A stretch of 64,000 nt of DNA, taken from NCBI GenBank assembly GCA_002633005.1, contig NMRA01000109.1:282252-346251 (forward strand), given 5' to 3'. The position numbers and the translations under genes were made by a program. Shown piece after piece: positions 22,461 through 36,702 of this stretch (position 1 is the first letter of the stretch; every line of letters starts with the position of its first letter). Below the pieces are notes generated by a model. It was given only the letters and a program-made list of their open reading frames with translations. It did no database searches and was not told the DNA's origin. The DNA is from Phoronis australis. Lineage: Eukaryota; Animalia; Phoronida.

Positions 22461-25400
22461 AGCAAGTACTTTAATGTGTGTACTTGTGTTGGACAAAGAT
22501 AATAAAACATGAAAAATATCTCGTCATGATATCCTAGATCTGCCACAACGCTTTTCTGGCAAATGTTAAACTGATGAAATTTTCTTTTAGGCCTGTACAA
22601 TGTATCTTGAAGCAATATTTCCCCAAGGCTGCTGCTTACGTTGACTTGATTTGACACCAATTTTCTTGTTCACGACTATGTGATTGGGTCTTACTTTAAT
22701 TAGTTATGGGAGGAAACATTTTACCAATTGAGAAAAGCTTTTAGCCCATTTCCAAAAATGTCTACACTGATTCTACTGCTGTGTACCATTGTGTACCCAC
22801 GAGATCAAGGTTTCATTGAAGCACTTCAATAGTTTCTTTGTTGGGCTAATCCGGATAAATACTGTAGGGTGGATTGGATACTTTAAACCTGGTTTTACAA
22901 AACCTGCTTTATGTCTAACTAAACCAGACTTTCAAATTTTTAAACTATGTTTGTGAAATGCAAGTTAAGTCTTAAACCTGGTTTTGTAAAATCACCTTTA
23001 TGATATGATTGAGTGTGTCTCAATGGCATCTTCATCATATTCGTATAAATGACACACAGCAGTACAATCCGTGCAGAAATTTGCTTAACAGGCATAAAAA
23101 TTTTTTTCGTGAGCAAAAGATTCCCTCCAAGAAATATTCAGTGAAAACCCTGTGAAAACCCAGAAAGAAAATTACATCAGTGAACGGTGAAGGACACAGT
23201 GGCAGATCTAGAATATTACGAGAGGACATTTTTCATTTTGTGCCCAACACACATAAAGATACGAGTCCACGATTAGCCGCAACTTATTAAATGCCCAAAT
23301 TGATTTCAGGATGTTTTACTGCTTATCGTTTTCGTCCAAGGGCAACTCAGCGTGTCCACCAACCTTATATCTGGGACCAATTGATGTGAAACTTGGTTAG
23401 AAGGATATGAACATGCTGTCTTCAATCCCGGCCGTAGCGCTTGGGAAGATGACGCCTTGCTTGACCAGTCGTATTCTAAAAAGGAGGATTGTCAGCAAAA
23501 CGTACTGGTCTGCGTTCAATCGTGTGCCGTCATAAACTTCAAAACTGAAATAGTCTAAAATTGCGTCGGTGATGCACACCGAGTCATAATTCAGCTGCAC
23601 GGTTGACCACGCCTATACCGTATAAGTCTAAAGTTACACGTAGTTTAAGTTCTTAATATAGATGTCTAAGGAATAAGGACGCCGCAAGTGAAATGAAATG
23701 TGACTTAGACTAGGTCTAAACTGGAGGTAAATCAAGTTTTACTAGACCACTAGTTTAAAAGTTTAACCACCTTCATGAAATTGGCTGAAAGTGTAATAAG
23801 CCAAGGCCTACAACAAAACATCAAGCACGGCGTACAAGCAACAAAAACACCTAACGAACTTGTCTTCAAAGAGGGTCATTGCCCAAAACACCGCATCCAA
23901 TACAAATTAATGCTCCAAGTGGCAAAGACCAGGGCCAGGGGCCAAATTCAAACTCAAAGTGGAACTCAGACTCCAATCTCGTTTTATACTCGACTGGGGT
24001 AAAAACTCGAAAAGGCGTGCCAAATGTCAGACTCAAAAAATGTGCTAAGCTAGCGTACATGTACTTGAAATCACTTTCGGCATGAAGTCATACATCAGAA
24101 ACAGAAGAAGTGAAACGAAAGCTAGTGTCAATATTATAAAACTACTAGAAGATCGCAAAAACCTTTTGGGAACCTGAGTATCGAGGAAGCTTTTCTAAGA
24201 AACCGCATCCTCCCCAAAGCAATATGTTTTATTTTGAATTTATTCAACCTCAGTAGCACGGCAACGCGTCGTTTCGTCCACTGTATAAACTCCCTCTAAG
24301 ACCACGCTTCTTCGACCCAGGCTTTCACTTCAAACTTGTCGGAAATCTCGGCAAATCCTCTGTCGGGCGACTAATTTGCAAGTTGGGTATGCGTTTGTCA
24401 AGATTGGAAAGGATGGTTAACCAGACCATTGGAAATCATTGTTATCGTTCGTACAATATGTTTTTTTGAAGTTGACATGAAAAAAAAAATTAAGGTGTGT
24501 CATTGTGAACCCTTTTTCTAGCTAAACAAGTGTCCCAGTTGACTGTTTAAAAAGGGGGGTTTGTCTGGGGACATATTGTTTTATTAATACGCCTTTGTGT
24601 GTTGCCTAGCCGAGTCTGTATGAACTTTCAATGCGCCAACTCATTCATGTTTAGCTGCATATTGCTGTCATCTCTGTCTAGGCTGCTGCATATCTTAAAC
24701 AGCCTTGCAACGTCTTTTGGGAGTTTGACAAACATATTCTTACAACGTGACAACTTACATGTATTTAGGATTAGACAACCGCATCGCCACTTAATGACAA
24801 TTTGGTTTTCATCTTCACTTCTGTAATTTTTGGACTTCTTTGATCATGAAATTTAAGAAATAGTTTTATATTCCATAGACGACGACATGTGCCCATATAA
24901 GTACATACATGCACACGGCGTATACTTATAACGTCACCTACATGTAGAAACCTTGCGCTTGTTGTGCAGCTGTGGGATCATTTCAATGTTCTGTGCTTTG
25001 ATCTTGTTTATTTTATTGTGTTTTTGACGCCTGCTTATCTTCCTCCTAAATCATTTGAAAGACCATTATATAAAATTTGGTCCCATTGTAGCCAGACCAC
25101 TGCTCTCCATACATCAGTTTCTCTCTTTTAGGATATTGAATTCACGATTGTGTATGCTATGCTATAAATGTATGAACTGGTACTGGCAATAAAGTCACTT
25201 GGTGAAGAGTGTTTTAGGCATTTTAAATTGCTGTGTGATGATATTAAATAATGACCTCTAGAACAACATACTTTCACGTAATGTTAATTGTGAATCGTAA
25301 ACATATTTAGATTCGTTTGCACACAATAATTCTCAATCTTATCAACTTACAATCTTTCACAGTGTTACGAAAGGTAGCAATGTGGATGCTGTTTATCATT

Positions 25401-28400
25401 GCTTCTCAATGGTTAAAGTAAGGACATTCAGTTCCCACTGGTTAAAATCTGGGAAGCCCCCTTTTAGTTTACTGTTACGTAGAATTGCGACCACCTTTGA
25501 CTTGAATAGTTGCTATTCATTTAAACGGGCAGTGATTGAAGTAAACAAAATCAACCGAACCCGAACCCTTGTGAAGCTCAAGCAAATACAATGCGCACAA
25601 GGCATGTGCAAGTAGTGGCAATGAGATCGATAAACCTCCGATCAAGCATGCGCAATGATGCCCAACCCACGGGATTCCGTGTGTTGTTCGTCAAGTTTCC
25701 ACTGGGCCATAGTTCAGTGTAGGTGGCGCTCTTTCAGAGGGTGGTATGAAATTAGAACACAAATACGAAACTACAGCGCACATCACGCCTGCTAGAAAAG
25801 ACTCTCAGTGAGCTTTCCTTTCAGTATATGAAAAATAAATATCGTTAACATCGAAAAAAAATATCGCACCTACCGAAACTGTTCGTATTACAACAGTTTT
25901 TGGAATATCAAAGGTCTACACCTACGATTTGGCAAAGAAGTCACAAGCACACCGTCACCGCGTGCTTGTAGAAAGTTGAGATTACGAGTCCATTCATTTA
26001 TAATGGCCTGACAACTAAACGGTTCTGTTTGATACTTTCAGCTCTTTACTGAACTCTTTCACATCTGAAGAATAATCTTGACGTTTTGGTTAACAGCGTC
26101 AATGTAAACCTGGTCTTTGGTTTTCAAAATCAGTAAGGACCATGCAAGGAGATTGCCGCCGTGAATGCTTTGTACCAGGCCGTTGATAGCGACTGGATAT
26201 TCTAAGAGTATAGAAGTCCTGCCAACCGACCCTCAGACCAATGAGCTATACTCATTGTTCAGACCGAGAAGAATTTAGAATGTCTGAGGGTGTAATATCT
26301 AAATAGAGACAGCTACATGTACTACGCCCGACGCGATATTCTGCTGCAGCTCAATACAGACCATAAAAGCGTGAAACTTGCCAAATACATACAGTAACGT
26401 GTTTTGGTCATGATAGATCGGCCGCAATTTCCCCCTCATTTTCGGGTCGGTCGAAATTCCTGAGTAAACCACAAGTCTTTATTTGACCGGTCTCATGCGA
26501 TTTCACGCTATTACACATTAGGTGATGGCGTTAAGATAAGAGTCGCTTAATGAAAAAAACGTCTATTTTCACTTTTTTGTTCTTCCGATGGATTTAAACT
26601 AACAAAAAAATTGAAATCTTCATAAAATGTCGACCTCCGTACGTGCTCTCACCGTAAGTATCGGTGAAGTTTTAGCTGAAGTAACTTCGTTCAGATTAGC
26701 CGAGTTTCAAGTAACTTTTAGAATTACCTAGGGGTAAAGAGGTTTCAGACTAAAATTGTTGAAAATTTACGAAAGTTTTTGCTTCAAAATTCCATCTATT
26801 TTCCACGAGAATTATCGTGAACTTTTTAAGACATTACGATCAATGCTGAACGGCGGTTCGACAGCGTCACAGATATTTGGTGGTTATACCATCCACAAAC
26901 ACGGCTGTGTTTCAGTTCTGTTTCCGTGTTCGTAAAAACGAATTGTAGAACGAGTATATTGTAGCGATAGAACGTCATGAACGACAGGTTTACGTTATAA
27001 TGGACTCGATTGTGCTTTTCCTGAACCTCCTTATTCTGTATATGTTGGGTTAACTAAACATACTTGTTGAAAAAGTGCTTTACTCTATATACTTAATGCC
27101 GCCGAAAAAAGTTTCATATATGAACGATGTGTTGACGTTCAAGGCATCTCACCATTCATTTAAAAGTAGTTCCATTGCCAGACCAGGCGTAATTATCATG
27201 TTTATTGTCCCCACCACCCGAGTGGGTAATGATTTATTGAAATCGCTGATAAAATCGTGGCAAGTTCGTAGTCCCTGTAACTCCCGACATTCTATCACGA
27301 TCATTTCACGTTACGAACTCACGCGGCGACATCAAGGAGCTGAGGAAAGCCTGTAGAACGTTGGAGAGTTTTGAGACTCCGACCAAACAGCACCGTTTCA
27401 GCACACATCATTCAACTAACCCACGGACGAACCTGTGCCCGTTCCAAGAAACTGTCTAACATTTGTCTCAACTTTCACAATTTGAAATTTCCACATCAGG
27501 CTAGTCTCAAAGACGCGTTTTTTGGAAAGACATAAAACCAATAAATGTTTTATCTTAAAATTGACACAACTTCAAACTTTAGTTTAGCTAAGTCAGGTTT
27601 CTTGGAACATTCTCCAGGCCATTGATATACATGAGAATACAACGCCGTAAATTATTTGACTTTAGCCGGCCATCCCTTTAAGTTAGACAGATTTTAAAAG
27701 ACGTCTCGCCAGTTTGATTACTTAAACCCAACGCAAAGTATGTCTGCTCATACTCTCGAAGGAAATTATCACCGACAACAGACCTTGGTATATTGAAGAA
27801 GCGTATAAGATTTTGCGAAAAATGGCACCACATACTTATTGAGATTTTCCCGAACAATGGCTTTTCAGAGGATGTGGTCATAATCATGAAGAACATGGCC
27901 GTGGCAATATTATGCTTACTGACTGTCATTTGCCAAGATCACGCTTAGGCACCTTGTTCACATCAACATCCCAGGCCATCCTTAGTGTGCCAACCCTGCT
28001 ATATGTAGATCCAATCATATTCGCCTTCTGATGAAGCAAAAAGCAATTACTGTATGTCATTAGTCAATTTTGTTAGACAAACATTTGTCACCGCTGCAGT
28101 AGCATTTCAGGAGCGAAACTCCCACAAAGATGTCCCTGTACTTGTGTAGATGCCTATAAGATACCTGCAAGTGATTATTATTCCTTCCGACAAAACAGAT
28201 TGCATAGTAATGAGAAATACGTAGACGACGACATGATACGAAACGAATGCCCTAGGTCGTCATCAGAAGAAGCGATCGAGACAATCCGATCAGCATTTGT
28301 AACGCGTCTGGAATGCAAATGCAAATCAGCCGCGCTGTTTTAAAGTGAAAGTTTTGTTAGCTCAGGTCTTAGCCTCATATCTAACTTCACTGTTAAGCAT

Positions 28401-29301
28401 AGTGTACATTTTGCATGACTCCTGGAAGTATTTGGAGTATTTGATTAACGTACGTGCACTTCATTTTTGTATGGAGGAAGATATTCTAGTATTGATCGCA
28501 GTTGCCATTCTCGCCAACCGATATCAGATATCGAACTTTCATTTAGGAGTTCATCGCAGTTATGTTTGCGTATTTTTCATTATCTACTTTTATCACATCA
28601 TTCACAAGACTTTAACGAAAATTGACAAAAAGCTATGAGATGTAACGCCACCGTTATACATAAATTGCTCTAATTTGACTACACCACCTCCTAGTTGGCC
28701 ACTTTGTTATCAAAAGGATTTCATTTGTTGCTTGGAAAAGAGCATTTCCGAATCATATCTACCAGCATTTTCTCGTTGAAGTCACAAACGTACTGTATGA
28801 CATGCACGGAGGCGCGTGTCAACGCCACATCGTTGTTCTTGCTACTTGATACCAATCTGAGACATGAGCGTGCTTATGCTGAAAGCAAATCAACCGAGAG
28901 GATTTGCGTCATATAATGTGTTGATAGTTTTATCATATAAATGTTTGAAAATTGCAGGAAGGACCTAGTTATAAATTCATACCGACTCACCTGAAAAACA
29001 CTAATACGACTTCGGTGGGTTTTACCGCCAACTCCTGAAACACCCTTATGGGATTCAATACATTTTAAATTCTTTATTGAGTTTTGGCATATTCTGAGTT
29101 TTGATCATTGATCTTCGAATACAAGAAATTTGCAAAACATGTTTAGAAAGAAATTTTCAGACTTACCGGTGAACTTTGTATCTGACGTAGAGAGACCGCT
29201 TAGATGGGCCAGCTGCCGATCACCTGAAACTATAATTATGCTATATTACTACGTAGTAAAAACCGAACTGATCTTTAGACCTGACTCAGGGGTCTATCAG
29301 T

Positions 29302-29373
29302 TCGCTCCAGTGGTACTCGAATCCGCAACTTTGTCTGAAAGAAATGGACGCTGATACCACTAAGCCACAACGC
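29302..29373 (-). repeat. tRNA-derived (SINE-head-like) sequence, not a functional tRNA
   Basis: Minus strand has an A-box TGGCTTAGTGG and a B-box GGATTCGAGTACC with tRNA-like spacing; the anticodon arm is degenerate. Confidence 0.55.
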
Positions 29374-30278
29374 TTACTCACTTAGATACAGCTGCGAAAA
29401 TGGCTTGTTAAAAAGGTACTTCCTGTACGCATTTAGTTGGAAAATAGTACTCATGTCAATTGCAATATTTTGTTGAAATAATGTCCTTGAGATATCTTTG
29501 TTGATGAACATGCAAGCCTTCAAGAACAGTTACGTTTTTGGCTATTGTTCCTTGTCATGAAAATGATGGTGTAAGTGGGTTGAACATGTGACGTCATCTT
29601 TTTATGCCGTGGGGACATCTATCAGTCGTCACATCTGCTTGTAGTGCTCGGCAACGCTGTAGACATCTAGCAAGGTAAACTGACCAATGTCTCTACGCAT
29701 GCAGGAGGCACCTATCCACGTTTTATACGACCCTGAAAACAAGGTTGCTCCTACATGTATAAATATAGATATATAGATCTGTGAACAAAAATAGTTTATT
29801 CAGCTCAGCAAGTTTCCAAAATGAGGGAATGTATACAAAAATAAAACTAATCCGTAGCTGCATAATAGATTACACGATCAAGGAGACAATATTTGAAAAT
29901 GCAGTAATTTACGGCCATGTTATGCAAGGAGTATGATAGAAGGTGATTCAGACTTGAATTCCAGCCAACCTGAGTATAGGAATTATGATTTTCCTTGAAC
30001 CCATAATGTTTTTGTTTTTTTTTCTTCAGCACACCCTTGACTAACTTTTTGAGTGTCACGTAATTTCGTTATGACTAAAGGTACCTTTTAAACACAGTTT
30101 TGTCTTGAGAGCATAGAGGCCACTAAATGAATGCGGTGAATATCTCAAAAATAGTTTAAAAGACGTAACCTTTAAATGGGGCTCCCCCACAGACGAGAGG
30201 ACTGCAGGTGTATTATTGGGGCTGAGTTAAAAACATGTTTACATTACATCAAGTGATTGTCTTGCTCTTTATTTGCAG

Positions 30279-30587
30279 TTAACCTTGCATATAAAAGAAC
30301 TACATACCAAACGGAACTGGAGATTTATGACCATTTTTTTCGGTACTCATCGAAAGACAATGTCGTAGACGGGCATTTAAGCTATTTTGCTAAACGTGGA
30401 ACACGCGTTGCGGAAGTAATGCAACACCTTGGTGCTTATAAAGCTTATGATGTAGGTCAAGGATTTCTTATTCACGCCAATGAGGGCAAAGTATTGTGGT
30501 GGGCAGTAAAGATGTTCAGCGACAACCATAATGCAAAAGTGCATGGGGTCTTAATTTCTGCAATTACTACCAGGCCAGCTCCACGAT
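30279..30587 (+). CDS. Coding exon: N-terminal half of a divergent F-type lectin (fucolectin/FTP)-like domain
   Basis: Acceptor CTTTATTTGCAG| and donor T|GTAAGT; 309 nt, phase 1-1. NLAYKRTTYQT..YSSKDNVVDG..IHANEGKVLWWAVKM..VHGVLIS parallels the FTP pattern NxAxxKxxxQSS..AVDG..H..PWWxVDL..VxI. Confidence 0.78.
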
Positions 30588-30879
30588 GTAAGTTGAAAAT
30601 TTAATTTTTCTTCTTGTTAGGGGAGGGGTTAGACACAGCTTGTTTTTCCCTCAATACCCTTAAAATTTCTATGTTTTTCAATTTGGTCTTCGTTTCCTAC
30701 AAATCTGCAAAACATGTAGGTGTTGTCGATCACAGAATTATTTTTTACGTTACATCCGCCTAAACAGAGAAACTTGACAAAATTATGAAGTTTACGTGTT
30801 TTATTGCATTGCTTTTAAAAACACAACATAACGACAACAGTTTCAAAAGTTTATTTGTGACGTTTGAAAATTTTTGGAA

Positions 30880-31298
30880 CGGTATTTTATACGGACCTGG
30901 AGGTTAAAGACCAGTATTTTTAAGTACGCAGAGTCGAGAGTTACCTTAAACGGACATACCGGACATTAATTCATGAAACGTGGAACACGTATTCTGGAAG
31001 TTGTTCAACACCTACACGTTTTGAAAGCTGATGATGTAGGACAAGGATTTGTTATTTTATTCAATGATGGCAAAGTGTTGTGGTGGGTAATACAGGGCCC
31101 GGTTGCATAAAAGTCTGTATAACTATCCGGCGGATAAGAGCTTACATGTATACGCCGGATAAGATTTATACGCCTGATAGTTATCCGGATAAGGAATTAT
31201 ACGCCGGATAGCAAGTTTTATGCAACCGGGTCCAGATGTCAAGTGCATGATGTCTTAATTTCTGTTATAACTACCAGGCGGACTCCACACCCTAAGTG
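30880..31298 (+). pseudogene. Decayed tandem duplicate of exon 30279-30587
   Basis: TDLEVKDQYFKY..LNGH..*FMKRGTRILEVVQHLHVLKADDVGQGFVILFNDGKVLWWVIQM aligns to the intact exon. Lesions: stop at 30967-30969, MITE insertion, donor GTAAGT changed to CTAAGT, 5' end missing. Confidence 0.85.
31096..31232. mobile_element. Harbinger-type MITE, 137 bp, CAG TSD
   Basis: 17-bp TIRs GGCCCGGTTGCATAAAA / TTTTATGCAACCGGGTC; CAG on both sides (31093-31095, 31233-31235); internal TATACGCCGGATA repeats; absent from the paralogous exon. Confidence 0.88.
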
Positions 31299-33699
31299 GA
31301 CAAGTTCATTTTGCTACAGAAACAGTTTTTCCATTACATCCGTCTAAACAAGTTTGCACGATTTACTGCAATGCAATCTTTATTTGATATATAGGATTGA
31401 AACCGTGCTGTGCGAGGTTTCATTAGTGACGTTTGCAAAATTGGTTGAGTTCACAAACCACCATGCAGCAGATTCATACATCATGTTTCGTTTTCTTTAA
31501 ACGCACAGGTCAGTGCATAACAAGTACATCCATATTAACTACTGACTTGATGACTACACGACAAACATATCAAAGCGACATATGCAAATTTTCGGAACTA
31601 ACAGTCCAATCAATTCTGCAGCTTCGAAGGAACGTAATTCCAATCCCTAACTTCAGATGTTTTTTGTGCCTTGAGTTTTGTTTGTAACAAATACTTTTAA
31701 TCAGTATGATTTCTTCGCAAGGTATTGTAAAACGAGCTTAGGACCAGATCAAAAATAAAGTTAGTCGGTATAAATGTGCATTTATCCAATGAGGAAATGT
31801 CGAAGATGTGCTGCAGTAAGTTCGAGCATTGGTATTTTCATAGACTTGAGGGGTGTCATTCTTGAGTTCACAACGAGAAAATAAATCGCTATAGCCCCAT
31901 CTCCCATGTTCTCCCCGGTTGCCCATCAAAAATCGACGAGCATGCCTGCGGAAATTGCCATCTACATTCCGTTATATGTTCATCTACAAAAATCGACAGA
32001 CTCATGGATGATTTTTGACAACTAGAAGCTAATCTTGTAAAATTTGCAATGATGTAGTGAATTTAGTTACAGCCTAATTTGTAAAAACACTAACACCGAT
32101 CTACAAATAGTACAATGCCCTTAGAAGACTTTGATTATCTAAAATGACTTTCAAATACCTTGATGAAATTCGGACAGTTGTCAAAAATGTACTCAAGATT
32201 AAAATCAAAAATAAATGCATTGCCTTTTGACTTAGGTACAAAAGGAGATAAAAAGAATTAAGTCTTTAAATTAAGGTTAACGCTTTGCTCATGGAATCGA
32301 TTGTTGGTTTCTGATTTACGAGTAAATATGTATCTAAAAATGGACTGATACATAGACGATTTTACAATTAGAAGCTGATCGTGTAAGAGATTATGATGCT
32401 TCACTGAACTAAGTTGCAGGCTGAGATTCGGAAAATTCGATCAACATGTATCATCAGATCGCCAAATAGTAAAGTACCTTACACGATTTTTGTCCAACTG
32501 AAACAAGTCTCAAGAATATTGATGAATGTTGGACAACAGTACAGAGAGTCCCAAAATGTTCTCACAATTCAAATGGCAATAAATTAATTGTTTACTGTCC
32601 TAGGAATCAGATTAGTGCTTAAAATTCACAAATGGCAGATCGAGGAGGTTTAAATTTTTAAATATATCTAAGTAAACTCACTGTTCATTATTTTATGTCT
32701 TTGCACTTCTTTGATGTTTTTAGTTTCCAGTGGTAATCACCAATGAATTTTCTTCTTCAAAACTGAATTGTTTGTTTCATTTTCGTGCACATTGCAAAGA
32801 CGGAGCACGTCATGACAGACGCACTCACGTTAAAAATAAGGTGTAACCATGCAGAAAACCTGCGCAGAATCTCAGTGATCCACGGGAAGTGACTTCGAAC
32901 TCCAGACATTGAAGTGTGCACATTTTTGGGACACACTGCCATTTTCCCCATACATCAGAAACTGGCCGTGTTTCAACAGGGGCTGTTAAAACAGAGCCAA
33001 AGACACTATACCTGGGACCTCGACACCTCAAATTTTCAAAAAAAATCCTTCAAAGAATGTCTATAATAAAACGAATGTTAATGCGGTTGACTTAGGGCCA
33101 TTCGTACTCTCCGTGAAACAGGTTCACAGGTTCACAGGTTACTCGAATCGTGATAGTTGCCTCACCGGAATTGCTCCCCCTTTGGCTGAGGTGAGGGTTT
33201 TGGTACAGATATGGCGACATCCGGAGAACAGGGGGTTTGGCGATCCCGAATTGTTTTGTGCGCCCCCCAGTATTTTTTGCTTTCCTTCGGGCCTGACAGT
33301 GCTTATTTTGCCGGGAGAAATGGGAAAAAAGTTATTTGCGTCAGCTTTTGAGAATGAAGTTTTGGAAAACGGTCTTGATGTTATCTTTAGCGCCCTCAGA
33401 TTTTGTTTGGCGACCAGGGACTTATCAGATAGGGCCGGGAGAACACAGGGACGAGGGAGCATAGCAACAAGGACTACAGGACCCGAGGACTTGCAGAACG
33501 GAATTGGAATTACATGTTGATCCGACGTTTTGCGTGTGTTTACGTGTCCATGTACATGTACAAGTTTCGTCAAGTAGTACATGCGCTCAAGCAGTAAACG
33601 AAGGTGCTGCCATGTGACTACTTTTTCTGATTTTAGTCACCTGTTTACGACTCAAAGATAATTACAAAGACAAACTAGAATACCATCTCCAAGAAGTCG

Positions 33700-34380
33700 A
33701 TATGGAAGGCAAAAACCACCTGGACGGTTGTTTAGTAAAATGCAGAGACTTGGGTCATCTGTGGGGTTTCTTAAAAGGTTCAAGTTGCTCGTGCATGAAG
33801 GCGTTTCGTATGAAGAGCGGAGTCAAACGAGAAGACGTTTTAGACACGCCAGAAGACAGGACAGTTTGTAACGTAGATTGTGAGTACGTACCAGACGAGT
33901 ACAAGGGATTTAACAAAGCTTCTCTCACAAAGTGTGGAGGAAAAGGTCTTTACACGATGTTTCCGGTTAATTTCTGTAAGTAAAATAAAAAATAACTTTA
34001 ACATTCTTATTATTTCACTTTTGGTGTGCATGTGTAGGTGTTGTGGCATTAATGTACATAATTGCTGTCACTTTTTCATGACAACAGTGTCTGCCTAATT
34101 CAATTATGGATCAATGCGCAGAGCACCGAAGCTCCGTTGCTTGAACTCCGACATCAATTGCATCTGTGTTTTGAAGGTAATTTTCAGAGCAAGTGCACCT
34201 ACGAAATAACAGATAATTTACGCTATTCTACAGTATCTTAGTCCAAAACGAAGTCAGAGTGAATTGTTGTTAAACAAACATTTGTTTTTGTGTAAATGCT
34301 GGACTAATATGCACTGAAATGTGCAACTGCAAAAACTGTCAGAATGTCAAAGTGAGTGATGTGATGGAATTGAGTCAGAT
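33700..34380 (+). pseudogene. Academ-type transposon protein remnant (N-terminus and Cys-rich C-terminus, middle deleted)
   Basis: ORF 33702-33983 (MEGKNHLDGCLVKC..) is followed within ~350 bp by CFCVNAGLICTEMCNCKNCQN (~34282-34345), the same Cys-rich terminus type as at 7574-7795. Confidence 0.55.
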
Positions 34381-36702
34381 GATGTGTAGCGGTGTGATGG
34401 ACATACATCCCAGCCGGTGGAACTTGGAAAGACATCTTCTCAGGAGACAGAGACCATGCTAGTAACTAGCCCATTGAGCCTGGTGATTTGTGTAATAGTT
34501 TTCTATTTTCATATTTACGTCTCTAGTAATGGTTTTTTATCTTGTTAATTTCTCGACTTTTTGTACTTCATCGGATTGCATTTGTTCTTATTCTATACTT
34601 TTTGTCTCAATTTTTTTGAAAAATTCTATGCTTTGGACTTGTAGCAATGATTGTTTTTGTATGGCAGACAAAATGAAGATAAAACATAGTCAGTTTGATA
34701 ATTATAGTTTTATCAACAGTAAAAACAGCAAAAAGCACTATAAATGATAGTTGTATTTTTCGCCAACAGGTGGCTCCCATAAATTCATATTTCTTCCATA
34801 ATTCTACATTTCAGTTGAAAATGTAACAAACTAAATGTTTATTATGACTGTAGGAATATTGTCTGCAGTATCATCCTTTATGGATATTTAAATTTCTTCT
34901 TTTATAACTTTTTTAAATCAATGTAGAATTTGCTGAATTGGCACAATTCTAACCTCAAATTTTACAAAAAAAATGTGCAAGTTTAAACGCCAGAGCTTTT
35001 GACTCATAAAGTACTATGGTTAGTGACATCAAAAATACCTCAATTAAATTGCTCCCCCACCCCCCCCCCCCTAAAGTGGTCACAGAAGTGGTTTTCTAGG
35101 CCTCCCGTACGTGGCTTACGGCCAATGGCCTATGACAGGAACGGTTCGAAATAATGTGTGGGAGCGGAGCTGATCTCTTTGTGAGGTCATAATTACACGA
35201 TATGGGATAGTACAAAATGCCGACAAGTGCCTGGTGCATGATCCGGATGACTTCAGATCCATGAGAGAGGAATAACGTGCGTGAGAGAAATATATTTTTC
35301 TGTTGGCAATCCCGAGCTATGCACAAGAGAGGAATTGTGTTCTTGCTCTCTACATTACGTAGTTCTCCTGTTTAGTCTAAAGTGTGAGGCTGTATAACAC
35401 ATTTTGGGCGGATGACCGCTTTAGTCAATATCTTACACCGACGGCTGATTATGTACATTCTGGTACTTTGGGTTAGAGGGTCAGCTCTCTTTTGTTCTAT
35501 AGTTGCTCTAATCTCCAATAAGATCCTATCTCATTGACTCACTGGGCTGTGGGGTTAAAAACAAGTTAAAAAATGTTTGAACATAAACCAATTACATTCA
35601 TGAATTCCCCAATACTGGTCATGCTTATAGCTTTTGAATCACCGAAATCGCCCAACTATACAATCGATTTTAAGACTATAACACGCTCACAACCGCTGTA
35701 CGTCTGGTAAAGTCACGGAACGGGAGAACGCCCTATTGAACTTTGAAAATCTGTTATTTATCTATATGACTCCAATGAGGTCATTTTTCACAGTTAGACC
35801 CCCCATTAAATGCGACCTGTGTCGTACTTTAACTTTAGGTAGTCATTCTCAATACTGAAAACAAAGGCTTTTATTATTGGGGCACAACAAAAGTACGTCC
35901 CAAGAGAGCCGCACGTCTACTGGGCATAATGTATTTGCCTCTAGCAACGCGAATCAGATGATAAATTTGCGCGATCTTACTGCTTTCTCTTGAAAAACGA
36001 AAAAATAAAACCCGCACAGTGGAAAACAAGCGTGTAGCCGCTCAGATAATTCGAGACTTTGCCACTGGTTGGGATCTTCTATTAATTTGATATTTTCCAT
36101 ATCGACTGATTGACACTTAAAAAAACGCATGTAAGTGCGACATCACGTTTTTATGCTTCTGGAAATATTACCATCTTCCTCCTCTTTGTTTGTTAGATAT
36201 CGCGCTTTGACAAAAGCAATTTACCCCGTTTCTTTACACGGCAATCAGTTGTGTCACGTGACTAGTAACACTCTCCAATACGGCGTCAACTTTTCAGCTG
36301 CAGTAGCGCGTGCTGCCGGTCTATAGTATTTACATGTAGATATCTATGGTCTATGGGTTGTCGTTATGAAAAAAACAGTAGGCTCGTGACACGCGCAGAC
36401 GCGATTTATTAAAATGTTACGACATCTCGCGGGAAGTGATGACAGCTTTACATCAACAAATGTTTTTTTTTCCGGAATTATGTTTGCAGGTATTAAAATA
36501 CTAAACACTTGTAACGAAATGAAACCAGTTCAGTTAAAGGAGAATGCCACACGATTTAATTAATATTTTTTGCCGTCTTAATCGGTCTATATCCACTTCG
36601 CCTCGCATACCGTCGACATTACCTTGCCAAGAGGTGTCGCGTTAACCTGTGAAGAAGGTAAGAAACGACGCTAGCGACGTCAGTGGTTCATATGCAGAGT
36701 GA

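Noticed and set aside
26100-26400. Possible Crypton tyrosine-recombinase fragment
   Set aside because: Resemblance too weak; no catalytic motif readable.
29302-29373. Functional tRNA gene
   Set aside because: Acceptor and anticodon stems do not pair convincingly; treated as a tRNA-derived repeat.
33113-33582. Overlapping 135-aa and 147-aa ORFs
   Set aside because: No motifs; they lie in GC-richer transposon subterminal-like sequence upstream of the Academ remnant.
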